Shown here: in pieces, positions 49,337-58,417 of the stretch
Position numbering within the stretch: position 1 is the stretch's first letter
Layout: the number at the start of each line of letters is the position of its first letter
Assembly: GCA_964576715.1 (NCBI GenBank)
Contig: CAZNWE010000004.1
Span: 13,681-77,680 of the forward strand
Length of the DNA stretch: 64,000 bases
Reading direction: 5' to 3'
DNA from: an uncultured Geminicoccaceae bacterium
GTDB lineage: Bacteria > Pseudomonadota > Alphaproteobacteria > Geminicoccales > Geminicoccaceae
Translations under genes and position numbers: made by a program
The notes under the pieces: model-generated
The model's input: only the letters and a program-made list of their open reading frames with translations
Databases searched by the model: none
What the model was told of the DNA's origin: nothing

Positions 49337-50548
49337 TTGACTGTGGAGTGGAGCCCTAAGCCCATTCAAGCGCGCGCTTTGCGGGCGATCGGTGACGAGC
49401 GCGATTTGGCGCCGTCACTTGAGGCGCGCTTCGCCGGTCCGATCGCGGGCATCGATGGTCGGCAATGGGACGCGCTCTGTCCCGACGACAACCCGTTCAC
49501 CCGCCACGCCTTCCTGCGCGCCCTTGAGGCTTCCGGCTCGGCCGTGGCGGGGAGCGGCTGGCAGCCCTTGCACCTGCTCTTGGGCGCCACGGAGCAGCCG
49601 ACCGCCGCTGCCCCATGCTACGTCAAGACCCATTCATATGGCGAATATGTCTTCGATCATGGCTGGGCCAATGCCTATGAGCGGGCCGGTGGTCGCTATT
49701 ATCCCAAGTTGCTTGTAGCCGTCCCGTTCACGCCCGTGCCCGGGCCGCGCCTTCTAAGCGCCGACGAGGTCAGCAAGCAGGTGCTGGCCATGGCCATCCG
49801 GACGGCGACGGATCAACTCGGTCTGTCGTCCGCGCACGTCAACTTCATCCGCGAGGACGAGGCGCGGATCCTCGAGGACGCGGGCTTCATGCTTCGGCAC
49901 GGCGTGCAATTTCACTGGCACAATCGCGGCTATCGAGATTTCGAAGACTTCCTGGGCACGATGCGCTCGAGCAAGCGCAAGGCGGTCAAGAAAGAGCGCC
50001 GCGAAGTCGAGCGTGCCGGCCTCGAGCTTCGCACCCTGACTGGTGCCGACCTGACGATCGCGGACCTCGAAGCCTTCTACCCTTTTTACGTCGCCACCGT
50101 CGACAAGCGGTGGGGCAGCGCCTACCTCACGGGCGATTTTTTTCGCCGGCTCGCCATCGATTTCGCCGAGCGCATCGTGCTCGTGACGGCGCGCCAGGAC
50201 GGCAAGCTGGTCGGGGCCGCTTTGAACCTGAAGAGTGGTGACACGCTCTACGGGCGGCTCTGGGGTTGCCGTCGGGAGTTCGAGTTCCTGCATTTCGAAG
50301 CCTGCTACTACCGCGCCATCGACTACGCCATCAGCTGCGGCATGGCCCGGGTGGAGGCCGGTGCGCAGGGCCTGCACAAGCTGCAGCGAGGCTATGAGCC
50401 GATCCTCACGCAGAGCGCGCATTACGTCCGCGACCCTGGCCTGGCAGCACCGATTTCGCGCTTTCTCGCCCAGGAGCGTCGCAGCATCGAGAACGAGATG
50501 GCAGAGTTGCGCCAAATGCTGCCATATCACCGCGAGCACAAGGATTGA
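49337..50548 (+). CDS. DUF482 / FemAB-like GNAT-fold protein
   Basis: NPFTRHAFLRALEASGS...YVKTHSYGEYVFDHGWANAYERAGGRYYPKL...KRKAVKKERREV is typical of the PF04339 family. About 400 aa. Confidence 0.78.
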   Translation: MTVEWSPKPIQARALRAIGDERDLAPSLEARFAGPIAGIDGRQWDALCPDDNPFTRHAFLRALEASGSAVAGSGWQPLHLLLGATEQPTAAAPCYVKTHSYGEYVFDHGWANAYERAGGRYYPKLLVAVPFTPVPGPRLLSADEVSKQVLAMAIRTATDQLGLSSAHVNFIREDEARILEDAGFMLRHGVQFHWHNRGYRDFEDFLGTMRSSKRKAVKKERREVERAGLELRTLTGADLTIADLEAFYPFYVATVDKRWGSAYLTGDFFRRLAIDFAERIVLVTARQDGKLVGAALNLKSGDTLYGRLWGCRREFEFLHFEACYYRAIDYAISCGMARVEAGAQGLHKLQRGYEPILTQSAHYVRDPGLAAPISRFLAQERRSIENEMAELRQMLPYHREHKD

Positions 50549-50717
50549 TCGCCAGCTTCTTCGTGTCGGTCAGCGTCGATCGACGCAGCGCGTCCTAGTG
50601 TGCATTCCGGCATGAGAGAAGGCCGGCGCGCTTTAGCGACGCCGGCCGGCTCTGGTCAGTTCAGGTGTGATCGCCGCGCCTCTAGCTTTGCAGGACGGCC
50701 GGCGTCGTGATCGCGGT

Positions 50718-50924
50718 TCAGTTCAAGGTGACCGACGCGCGGCTGGTCTCCATGTCTCCGTCGTCCTGCAATCTCTCGATCGCTTCCTTCAAACGCAGCT
50801 TCTCCCGCTTGAGCTTGACGAGAATGGTGTTGTCCGGCATCGGCCGGTGCTGCTCCTCGTCGATCTGCTGCTCGAGCCGCGCGTGCTTTGCACGAAGGCT
50901 GTCGACGTGCTCATGCAATGACAT
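50718..50924 (-). CDS. DUF465 (YdcH-like) small coiled-coil protein
   Basis: MSLHEHVDSLRAKHARLEQQIDEE...ILVKLKREKLRLKEAIERL. 68 aa from ATG 50924. Confidence 0.75.
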   Translation of the reverse strand: MSLHEHVDSLRAKHARLEQQIDEEQHRPMPDNTILVKLKREKLRLKEAIERLQDDGDMETSRASVTLN

Positions 50925-51104
50925 GGTCTGGAAACCCTCCCTTGCTAACTTCGGAGAGCGCCACTCTAAGGACGGTACGCAGCGAGGTTCAAGAGAAATC
51001 GGTTGCGTCCCGCAGGAAGCTGTGTAGTTTGCAAGGTTTTCAAGTGGGTGGGGGCTCCTCAACCTTTAGTTTTTTCGCAATGCCTTTTCATTTCCGATAA
51101 TCGG

Positions 51105-51632
51105 TCAACGTGCGGTGCGGCTTTTGGCGGTGGGTATAAGGGCGACGAACACCGCTTGCGCGCGCGCCGGTAACTGGCAGTCTGGATAGAGCGTCGCGAA
51201 GTTGGCGCCGAAAAGGGATTCGCTGGCAGCCGCCTCGTCGTCGGGCAACACCGATACCAACGCCGCGAGTTGAACCTGCTCGAGCCGCTCGAACTCAAGT
51301 TCGATTGCGGCCAGCGTACGCCGACGTTCGGCTAGAAACGGGACGAATTCCGGTGGCACCGATTGCGCCTTCAAGCCGCGGCGTGCTTGCCGCAGTGGGC
51401 GTATGACATTCGACTGGATGTGGTCGGCAAAGCACCGCAGCTGCCCCGCAAGTGCTCCATCCAAACGACGGCCACCACCACTCAGCCAGGTTGCGAGCAG
51501 GACGAGGTTGACGTCAAGCCCCAGTTCGTCTTGCAAGGTGAGGCAAGTGGCCTCTACTTCTGGCTGTCCATAAACCCGAAGCGAGAACTCCCAGAACGTC
51601 GAGTCCGGCCAGTCGGCAAAAGGTGCGCTCAT
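51105..51632 (-). CDS. TIGR02444/DUF2390-family conserved hypothetical protein
   Basis: FWEFSLRVYGQPEVEATCLTLQDELGLDVNLVLLATWL is the characteristic N-terminus. 4-nt overlap with glk. Confidence 0.62.
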   Translation of the reverse strand: MSAPFADWPDSTFWEFSLRVYGQPEVEATCLTLQDELGLDVNLVLLATWLSGGGRRLDGALAGQLRCFADHIQSNVIRPLRQARRGLKAQSVPPEFVPFLAERRRTLAAIELEFERLEQVQLAALVSVLPDDEAAASESLFGANFATLYPDCQLPARAQAVFVALIPTAKSRTAR

Positions 51633-52612
51633 GCGCTAAACACATACGCGGCCGCACCAAGCAGGCCGGTCCGCGGGTTGGTGACCTGGTAGCAGGGCAC
51701 GCTCGCGAGAAAGCTGCCGAGCCGGCCCTTGGCTTCGAAACGTTCGCGAAACCGGACGTGGTCGAAATGCCGACCGAGTCGGCCGCACAGGCCACCGCAA
51801 AGATAGACTCCGCCTTTGGCACCAAAGGTCAGCACCAGGTCGCCGGCCGCTGCGCCGAGCAGCCCACTGAACACCCTGAGCGCATCGATCGCCACCTCCG
51901 ACGAACCGTCGGCCGCCGCGGCGGTAATGGCTTCGGGCGATGTGCCGGCAAACGCCCGGTCGCTAATCTCGGCCATGGCATGGGTGAGGGTGACCAAACC
52001 TGGGCCCGACAGCAATCGCTCGTTCGATACGTGTCCGACGCGGGCGAGCAGCCGATGCAGGATCTCGATCTCGAGTTCGTCGTGCGGCGCAAAGGAGACA
52101 TGGCCGGCTTCGCTGGCAATGACCAGCGGTCCCGACGTCGTCGGCAGGAGAGCCGCGGCGCCCAGGCCGGTCCCTGGCCCGAACACCGCGACCGGCCAGC
52201 CGGCGAGCGCCGCACCGCCGCCGATGGCGATGCTATCGGCCTCGCTCAAATGCGGAATGGCCGCGGCCTGGGCGGCGAAATCGTTGATCACAGCAAGCCG
52301 CTCGACGCCGAGCCCGGCTTTCAGGTCGTCCCGGGTAAACTGCCAAGGACTGTTGGTGAAGCGGATAAGCTCGGCATCGACCGGGGTGGCCACGGCTATC
52401 ACCGCTTCGTCGATGCTTGGTTGGTCCCCCGGCAAATCCTCGAGATAGGCCAGCGCTGCTGCCGCGAGGTCCAGATGGTCGCGCACCCGCAAATGCCGCT
52501 CTTGCGTCACCGCCACCGGCGGCGCGCCGACCGCGCTGGCCGTCCGGCCGACAGCAGGTGCCAGCGCGAAACGGGCGTTCGTCCCGCCGATATCGGCGAT
52601 CAGTCGCAGCAT
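51629..52612 (-). CDS. glk: Glucokinase
   Basis: MLRLIADIGGTNARFALA ATP-binding N-terminus and GPGTGLG. About 327 aa. GGAGAG Shine-Dalgarno upstream of ATG 52612. Confidence 0.9.
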   Translation of the reverse strand: MLRLIADIGGTNARFALAPAVGRTASAVGAPPVAVTQERHLRVRDHLDLAAAALAYLEDLPGDQPSIDEAVIAVATPVDAELIRFTNSPWQFTRDDLKAGLGVERLAVINDFAAQAAAIPHLSEADSIAIGGGAALAGWPVAVFGPGTGLGAAALLPTTSGPLVIASEAGHVSFAPHDELEIEILHRLLARVGHVSNERLLSGPGLVTLTHAMAEISDRAFAGTSPEAITAAAADGSSEVAIDALRVFSGLLGAAAGDLVLTFGAKGGVYLCGGLCGRLGRHFDHVRFRERFEAKGRLGSFLASVPCYQVTNPRTGLLGAAAYVFSA

Positions 52613-52808
52613 TTCTCTCCCTTCAAGGCGCGGCAAGGTGGCGACCGCAGAGCATGTTCGTCAAGCTTTGTCACGAGTGGGCTGCTGTCGAGCCTGCCAT
52701 GAAGCGGCTGCACCGGACCGCCGGATATGGTAAAGGACGCGGGGAAGGGAGGGAACAGCGTGGCGACCTTCACCAAGAGTTCCCGATTCCCGATCTTCAA
52801 GGCCGGCC

Positions 52809-53018
52809 ATGAAGAACCGCGGCGACCATCTCGAGATCGATACACAGCTTGCCAGCTTGCGCGCCGCACATCGTTCGCTCGACTCCCGGATCGAGCAACT
52901 TCAGGGCGAAGGCTTCGTCGACCAAGTGGCCCTGCAGCGGCTCAAGCGGCAAAAGCTGCTGTTGAAGGACAAGATAACCCAACTCGAGCATGACCGCCTC
53001 CCGGACATCATCGCCTGA
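52809..53018 (+). CDS. DUF465 (YdcH-like) small coiled-coil protein
   Basis: LASLRAAHRSLDSRIEQL...VALQRLKRQKLLLKDKITQLE. 69 aa. Paralogous in pattern to 50718..50924. Confidence 0.75.
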   Translation: MKNRGDHLEIDTQLASLRAAHRSLDSRIEQLQGEGFVDQVALQRLKRQKLLLKDKITQLEHDRLPDIIA

Positions 53019-53349
53019 GGACCTGCAGACATCCTGGCGGTGCCGGTGCCGACTGTCGCCGGATCGACGCACCATCCGGTCGTATGTCGGCCGGGGTGGA
53101 GATCGCGCTATGTCGCGGCCCGCCTCTGGTGGCCCGTGGTGCCGAAATCCACCACTGTCCGCTAGAGATTGACCGAGAGCTCGCAAGCGGGTGCTTTGCC
53201 GAGTACCCCGACTTGAGGCCACCTTGTGTCAAGGACTGGGTCAGCCGAGCTGTCTCATTTCGCGCGCGTGTTCCGCGACCTGATGCGCCAAATCAACATG
53301 AAACTGCGGCTCTCGTCTCACCTAGCTGATCTTGCACCGCAGCGTGCTG

Positions 53350-53988
53350 CTACTGGCTGACCCAGACAATCCTCGTTATCCAAGCGATGTCCCTTGCCGG
53401 AAGCGTAAGCTCCTGCTCCTCGCCGTCGCGCTCAACGATCGTGCATTGCTGCGCCGTTTTGCGTTTGAGCGTGCCGAAGCGCACCTCACCGTTTCTGCTC
53501 TTGAGCATTACGCGGTCATGTCGACGGACACTGCTCGACGGCGAGATCACGAGCAGAGACCCTGGCCGGCAAAAATCCTGATCGATATCTTTGTCGAGCT
53601 CGACAACGTAGGCGCGAGGATCGTCAATCGACGGAAACTCGCACTCCTCCCATTCGCCGAGTCCCGGGAACCCGGACTTGTCGAAGCTGTCCTCCGTGAT
53701 CTTCGACAAGCGAATCGATTTGAGCCTCTGCTCCGACAGCCGTGGCTGGGGTGACGGTGCCTCGTCAATCAACGTCACGAACTCGGCCATGCTGGTTTGT
53801 GTCGCCTCGAGAATCTTCGACAGGCTTTCCGTTCCCGGCCAGCGTTGCTTGCCGTCTTGCGTAACCCGCTTGCTCTTGTTGAAGGTCGTCGGGTCGAGGC
53901 CGGCCCGCTTGGCGAGGCCTGACGGTGAAAGGCCATTGCGCAAGGCGAGACGATCAACGCCGCGCCAAATCTGGTCGTGAGTCAGCAT
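53350..53988 (-). CDS. CI/LexA-like repressor (XRE-type HTH plus S24 peptidase-like C-terminal domain)
   Basis: N-terminal HTH LSPSGLAKRAGLDPTTFNKSKR. The C-terminal beta domain PGSLLVISPSSSVRRHDRVMLKSRNGEVRFGTLKRK aligns with the LexA/CI GDxxxV....VKRL core. Lower GC than its neighbours by eye. Confidence 0.78.
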   Translation of the reverse strand: MLTHDQIWRGVDRLALRNGLSPSGLAKRAGLDPTTFNKSKRVTQDGKQRWPGTESLSKILEATQTSMAEFVTLIDEAPSPQPRLSEQRLKSIRLSKITEDSFDKSGFPGLGEWEECEFPSIDDPRAYVVELDKDIDQDFCRPGSLLVISPSSSVRRHDRVMLKSRNGEVRFGTLKRKTAQQCTIVERDGEEQELTLPARDIAWITRIVWVSQ

Positions 53989-54052
53989 GGCTTCGCTTCC
54001 GCTGCGCTTCGTTGCACTTTTTGAGAATGTCTTACTATGCAGTGGACGTCAC

Positions 54053-54069
54053 TAGGTCTATATTCTTAG
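54053..54069 (+). promoter_or_regulatory. Copy 1 of a 17-nt motif TAGGTCTATATTCTTAG (promoter -10 / operator candidate), 20 nt upstream of the 54090 start
   Basis: Direct reading. 16 of 17 nt identical to 54470..54486. Contains TATATT. Confidence 0.45.
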
Positions 54070-54089
54070 AAAAAGGATGGAGTACGCGG

Positions 54090-54455
54090 ATGATGGTCAT
54101 TGTCGGCTTTCAGGGGCGGGTCAATGCTGGTGGCCTCGCCTGGCTGAAGAAGGGTTTTCGCCATTGCTTCGCCTACCAGCGGGTCGACGGCGGCTGGGTG
54201 CTATGTGATCCGCTCGGCGCCGGCCTGCTGCTTCGCCAAGCTCCCGCCTTGCCGGAGCGGGCGCTGCTCACGTCAATGGCAGCGCTCGGCGCGTCCGTCG
54301 TCGCCGTTCGACGGATGGACCAGGCCGGGCGTATGCCCTGGCTGCGGCCGATGACTTGCGTGGAAATCTGCAAGCGCGTGGTCGGCACGCAGGCGTTTTG
54401 GCTGTTCACACCCTACCAATTGTTCTGCGAACTGCTCGGTCGCCGGGAGGCTTGA
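54090..54455 (+). CDS. Hypothetical protein, first gene of the phage-like operon
   Basis: 121 aa. GGAG lies 9 nt upstream of ATG 54090. Coding-like composition. Conserved-looking His/Cys (GFRHCFAY, MTCVEICKR) but no family recognised. Confidence 0.5.
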   Translation: MMVIVGFQGRVNAGGLAWLKKGFRHCFAYQRVDGGWVLCDPLGAGLLLRQAPALPERALLTSMAALGASVVAVRRMDQAGRMPWLRPMTCVEICKRVVGTQAFWLFTPYQLFCELLGRREA

Positions 54456-54486
54456 CGCGACGAATGAAGTAGGTTTATATTCTTAG
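54452..54486 (+). promoter_or_regulatory. Sigma-70-like promoter (TTGACG-N17-TTATAT) containing copy 2 of the 17-nt motif TAGGTTTATATTCTTAG, upstream of the portal gene
   Basis: TTGACG at 54452..54457, 17-nt spacer, TTATAT at 54475..54480. The motif lies at 54470..54486. Confidence 0.45.
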
Positions 54487-54513
54487 TGTAGCACAACACG
54501 ATTGGATCGGTGC

Positions 54514-55983
54514 ATGACGGACCCGTCACTGCCAACGGTGTTTCGACACTTCGCCAATGCCCGCGAGCGCCGCCTGGCCTGGGAGCAACTTTGGCGTGAC
54601 TGCTACGCCTATGCCCTGCCGATGCGCGGCCATGGCCTGTCCCAGGCGACCTTCGCCGGCAGCAACCACGCCGAACGACTGTTCGATGGAACGGCTCCCG
54701 ATGCTGTAGAGCAGCTTGCGGCAAGCCTGCTTGCAGAACTCACGCCGCCGTGGTCGCGCTGGTTCGGGCTCAAGCCCGGCCAAGACGTCGACCCCCGTGA
54801 CATCGACGAGCTCGCACAAATCTTGGATGCAGCGGCGGTTCGCGTGCAGGGGCATTTCGACCGCTCGAACTTTGCCGTCGAAATCCATCAGTGCTTCCTC
54901 GATCTGGTGACGACCGGCACGGCTACCTTGCTGTTCGAAGAGGCGCCGGTGGGTTGCTCCTCGGCTTTCCGCTTCTCCGCCATCCCGGCTGCCGAGATCT
55001 TCATCGACGGCGACGTGAACGGAGGCATTGAGCGCTATTTCAGGGTTACTTCAGCGACCCTTTCGGAAGTCCGTCGACGTTTTTCCGGTTGCGCCGAGCT
55101 GGCCCTGATCGCGACCGATCCAAGCGCGTCTTCCGACTCGAAGCTGGAATTGCTCGAGGCCGTCCAGGCGCGCGGCCGGTCCTTCGACTATCAGGCCATC
55201 CTTCCTGTGCAGGGCGACGCCGTCCGGGCGCCGGTGCTGTTGGCCCAGGGCGCCTTCGAGCAGTCGCCGTTTCTAACCTTTCGCTGGATGAAGGGCACCG
55301 GGGAGCTCTACGGCCGTTCGCCGGTGATGACTGCCCTGCCGGACATCAAGACGGCCAACAAGGTGGTCGAGCTGGTCTTGAAAAATGCATCGATCGCGGC
55401 CACCGGAATTTGGCTGGCCGAAGACGATGGGGTCTTGAATCCCGCCAATATCCGGCTCGTGCCGGGAAGCATCATCCCAAAAGCGGCCGGTTCGTCCGGC
55501 CTGACCCCGCTGCAGGCCCCAGGTCGGTTCGACGTGTCCGAACTGGTGCTGAGCGACCTTCGCGCGCGCATCCGTCACACCCTGATGGCCGATCGCCTAG
55601 GCCAGGTGAACGATCGACGCATGACGGCGACCGAGGTGCTCGAGCGCAGTGCCGAAATGACCCGCCTGATCGGCGCGATCTATGGTCGCCTGCAGGCCGA
55701 GTTGCTGACGCCCCTGATGCAGCGGGCGCTCGCCATCTTGCGACGGCGTGGCGAGGTGCCGCCCGTGGTTCTCGATGGCACCATCGTCGAAGCCAATTAT
55801 CGTGCGCCTCTGGCCCGCGTTCAGGCACGCGAGGAGATCCGCAACACCCTGTTGTGGCTGGAGACCGTCGGCAAGCTCGGCGCCGATGCGGCCCAGCTGG
55901 TGGACCTCGCCGCCACCACGAGTTGGCTCGCCGAGACGCTCGGCGTGCCGCGCGAGCTCCTCGCGCGGACGCCGGCGGAGTGA
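54514..55983 (+). CDS. Phage portal (head-to-tail connector) protein, T7 gp8-like
   Basis: N-terminal RHFANARERRLAWEQLWRDCYAYALPMRG is the typical opening of Head-tail_con family portals. About 490 aa. First large gene of the module. An alternative TTG start lies at 54502. Confidence 0.75.
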   Translation: MTDPSLPTVFRHFANARERRLAWEQLWRDCYAYALPMRGHGLSQATFAGSNHAERLFDGTAPDAVEQLAASLLAELTPPWSRWFGLKPGQDVDPRDIDELAQILDAAAVRVQGHFDRSNFAVEIHQCFLDLVTTGTATLLFEEAPVGCSSAFRFSAIPAAEIFIDGDVNGGIERYFRVTSATLSEVRRRFSGCAELALIATDPSASSDSKLELLEAVQARGRSFDYQAILPVQGDAVRAPVLLAQGAFEQSPFLTFRWMKGTGELYGRSPVMTALPDIKTANKVVELVLKNASIAATGIWLAEDDGVLNPANIRLVPGSIIPKAAGSSGLTPLQAPGRFDVSELVLSDLRARIRHTLMADRLGQVNDRRMTATEVLERSAEMTRLIGAIYGRLQAELLTPLMQRALAILRRRGEVPPVVLDGTIVEANYRAPLARVQAREEIRNTLLWLETVGKLGADAAQLVDLAATTSWLAETLGVPRELLARTPAE

Positions 55984-56258
55984 TCACCGTGGAACGGCAA
56001 CCATACGAGGACGATCGAGACGTCGGCTGGGCTTGGTTCGCGAGCGACGGCGCGAGTCCACTGCATGACGACGATCTCACGAGTGCGATGGCGGCGTGTT
56101 TCGCCGGTCGTCATGGCGAGATCGTCATCCAGCACCTGCGCAACCTGTTCCTCGATCGCCGCGTGCCGCCGACCGCCTCGGACGCCGAGCTGCGCCATGT
56201 CGAGGGCCAGCGCTTCGCCATCGCCTACCTCCTCCGCCTAGCCCGTCCAAGAGGTTGA
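55980..56258 (+). CDS. Hypothetical phage-module protein (92 aa)
   Basis: GTG start overlapping the portal stop (GTGA). Non-shadow amino-acid composition. No family recognised. Confidence 0.45.
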   Translation: MITVERQPYEDDRDVGWAWFASDGASPLHDDDLTSAMAACFAGRHGEIVIQHLRNLFLDRRVPPTASDAELRHVEGQRFAIAYLLRLARPRG

Positions 56259-56260
56259 CC

Positions 56261-57121
56261 ATGCAAAGCCATAGCAGTGCCGCCAAGGCAGATCCCGAGC
56301 CTCTCGATATCGTGGCCGAGATCGTACCAATGCCAGCCAATGAGGACGAGCCGATGCCCGACTTGCGGCCCGACTTGCGGGAGGAGACGATCGCGAGCTC
56401 CGACCCGGTGGGCCTGACCGACCAGGAGAGCCTGACCGCCCGGCCGCCGGATGTGCCGGAGAAGTTCTGGGACGCCGCGACCGGCACCGTCCGTACCGAT
56501 GCCCTGCTCCGCTCTTATCTCGAACTCGAGCGCCGCCTCGGCCGGTCGGTCGCCAAGCCGGCCAACGACGATGACATCGAGGGCATCAATCGGCTCTTCG
56601 CTCTGCTCGGGCGGCCGGACGCTCCGGACGGCTACGATATTGCTGCTCCACATCCCCTGGTCGCCCCCGATCCCGAGCTCAATGCGCTGCTGCACGAAGC
56701 CGGCTTCACGCAACGCCAAGCCCAGCTGGTCTACGAGCTCGCGGCCGATCGGCTGCTGCCCGTGCTCGAGGAAGCGGCGGGTGAGCTCGAAGCGACCCGG
56801 CAGATCGACCGCCTGCAGCAGCATTTCGGCGGGCCCGAGGCTTGGCGGACCATTGCGGCGCAGATCAAGGCCTACGCCGAAGCCAATCTGCCCGACGAGC
56901 TGCACAGCGCGCTTGCCGGCAGCTACGAAGGCGTCTTGGCCCTTCACGAGATGATGCGCAAGGCCGAGCCCGATATCGTTGGCCAGGCCGGCTCCGGCCA
57001 ACTGGCCGTGACCGAGGACAGCCTCCGCGAGTTGATTCGCGACCCGCGCTATTGGCGCGACCGCGATCCCGAGATCGTTCAGCGGGTGACTGCGGGCTAC
57101 CGCAACCTCTATCCGAGCTGA
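56261..57121 (+). CDS. Putative capsid scaffolding/assembly protein
   Basis: 286 aa, acidic and helical (EPLDIVAEIVPMPANEDEPMPDL, LLRSYLELERRLG). Sits between portal and capsid as T7 gp9 does. GAGG Shine-Dalgarno upstream. Confidence 0.5.
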   Translation: MQSHSSAAKADPEPLDIVAEIVPMPANEDEPMPDLRPDLREETIASSDPVGLTDQESLTARPPDVPEKFWDAATGTVRTDALLRSYLELERRLGRSVAKPANDDDIEGINRLFALLGRPDAPDGYDIAAPHPLVAPDPELNALLHEAGFTQRQAQLVYELAADRLLPVLEEAAGELEATRQIDRLQQHFGGPEAWRTIAAQIKAYAEANLPDELHSALAGSYEGVLALHEMMRKAEPDIVGQAGSGQLAVTEDSLRELIRDPRYWRDRDPEIVQRVTAGYRNLYPS

Positions 57122-57252
57122 CCTGCTGACGGGCGATCACTGCGGAGAACCGCGCGGCGGCCCGCCTGATCGACGACCAAACCCGCCCGAGCTTACGGCC
57201 CGCGAGGACAACCAGCGGCTCCCTTTATCGCGACAAGCAAACAAGGTGCGCG

Positions 57253-58071
57253 ATGTCTATCAACATAGATCAAGCTTTCTCGAAGCAGTTCGAACGGGAA
57301 GTCCACGAGGCTTACCAGCGCCAGGGCTCCAAGTTGCGGGCCACCGTTCGCGTCAAGAACGGCGTGCGCGGCAGCTCGACGACCTTTCAGACGGTCGGCA
57401 AGGGTGCCGCCGCCACCAAGGCGCGGCACGGCATCGTACCGGTCATGAATGTCGAATTCAGCGCGGTCGAGGCGGTGCTCGTCGACTACTACGCCGGTGA
57501 ATGGGTCGATCAGCTCGACGAGCTGAAGACCAATCTCGACGAGCGGCAGGTCCTGGCCAACGCCGGCGCCTTTGCGCTCGGTCGCAAGACCGACGAACTC
57601 ATCCTCGCCGCCTTGAAGAACGCCACCCAGGTCGCCGGCGAGGCGACCAACGGCCTGACCAAGGAGAAGGTCCTGCAGGCCTTCGAGATGCTCGGGGCTG
57701 CCGACGTGCCCGACGACGGCCAGCGTTACGCGGTCATCGGCTGGAAGCAGTGGTCGGATCTCTTGAACGTCGCCGAATTCGCCAATGCGGAGTTCGTCGG
57801 CGACGATCAACTGCCGTGGCGAGGGACCCAGGCCAAGGTCTGGCTCGGCACGCTCTGGATGCCGCATTCGGGCCTGCCGGGCGAAGACGGCGTGCGCCAC
57901 TGCTTTTGGTACCACAAGAGCGCCGTAGGCCACGCCATTGGTCAGGATGTGAAATCCGACATCACCTGGCACGGTGACCGTGCCGCCCACTTCATCTCCA
58001 ACTCGATGTCGCAGGGTGCCGTCCTGATCGACGACGACGGTGTCGTCGCCATGCCCTGCCAGGAGAGCTGA
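57253..58071 (+). CDS. Putative major capsid protein
   Basis: 272 aa. The position after the scaffold-like gene and the pattern MSINIDQAFSKQFEREVHEAYQRQGSKLR...FQTVGKG are typical of small podoviral coat proteins. Needs profile confirmation. Confidence 0.62.
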   Translation: MSINIDQAFSKQFEREVHEAYQRQGSKLRATVRVKNGVRGSSTTFQTVGKGAAATKARHGIVPVMNVEFSAVEAVLVDYYAGEWVDQLDELKTNLDERQVLANAGAFALGRKTDELILAALKNATQVAGEATNGLTKEKVLQAFEMLGAADVPDDGQRYAVIGWKQWSDLLNVAEFANAEFVGDDQLPWRGTQAKVWLGTLWMPHSGLPGEDGVRHCFWYHKSAVGHAIGQDVKSDITWHGDRAAHFISNSMSQGAVLIDDDGVVAMPCQES

Positions 58072-58073
58072 CA

Positions 58074-58343
58074 ATGGCTTATGAATCCAGTGGTCTCAGC
58101 GCCATCTCCTACGCCAACGGCTTCACCCTTTGGCATTACCGAACCAAAGACCTGATCGCCGATGTGGACAATGCCGGCTACTTCAATACCGCGAGCAAGA
58201 TGCTGCGGGTCGGTGACTTCATGTTCGTCAATGCCGGCCTCGACGACATGCCGACGCACGGCGTCGTCGTCGTGCTGAGCAACGAGAACGGTCTCGTCGA
58301 CATCAGCAACGTGACGGCATTCGGCGCCATCAACACCGACTAG
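58074..58343 (+). CDS. Hypothetical small protein (head decoration/adaptor candidate)
   Basis: 89 aa, 2 nt after the capsid stop. Coding-like composition. Confidence 0.5.
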   Translation: MAYESSGLSAISYANGFTLWHYRTKDLIADVDNAGYFNTASKMLRVGDFMFVNAGLDDMPTHGVVVVLSNENGLVDISNVTAFGAINTD

Positions 58344-58387
58344 TCGATCGAGCAGGTATTTCGCTTCAGCCAATGTTGCGAGATACC

Positions 58388-58417
58388 GGCGGACCGGTGG
58401 CCTGCCACCGGTCCGCC
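58388..58417 (+). terminator. Perfect 13-bp GC-rich hairpin downstream of the capsid region (attenuator/terminator candidate)
   Basis: GGCGGACCGGTGG-cctg-CCACCGGTCCGCC, 45 nt after the stop at 58343. No U-tract. Confidence 0.5.

Noticed and set aside
53019-53349. Left boundary of the phage-like locus searched for an att site, a tRNA gene or an integrase remnant; the right boundary 62973..63300 was compared for direct repeats
   Set aside because: No tRNA-like T-loop or acceptor pattern, no shared repeat of 12 nt or more seen by eye, and no recombinase-like ORF. Absence by eye is not proof; a computational repeat search is needed.
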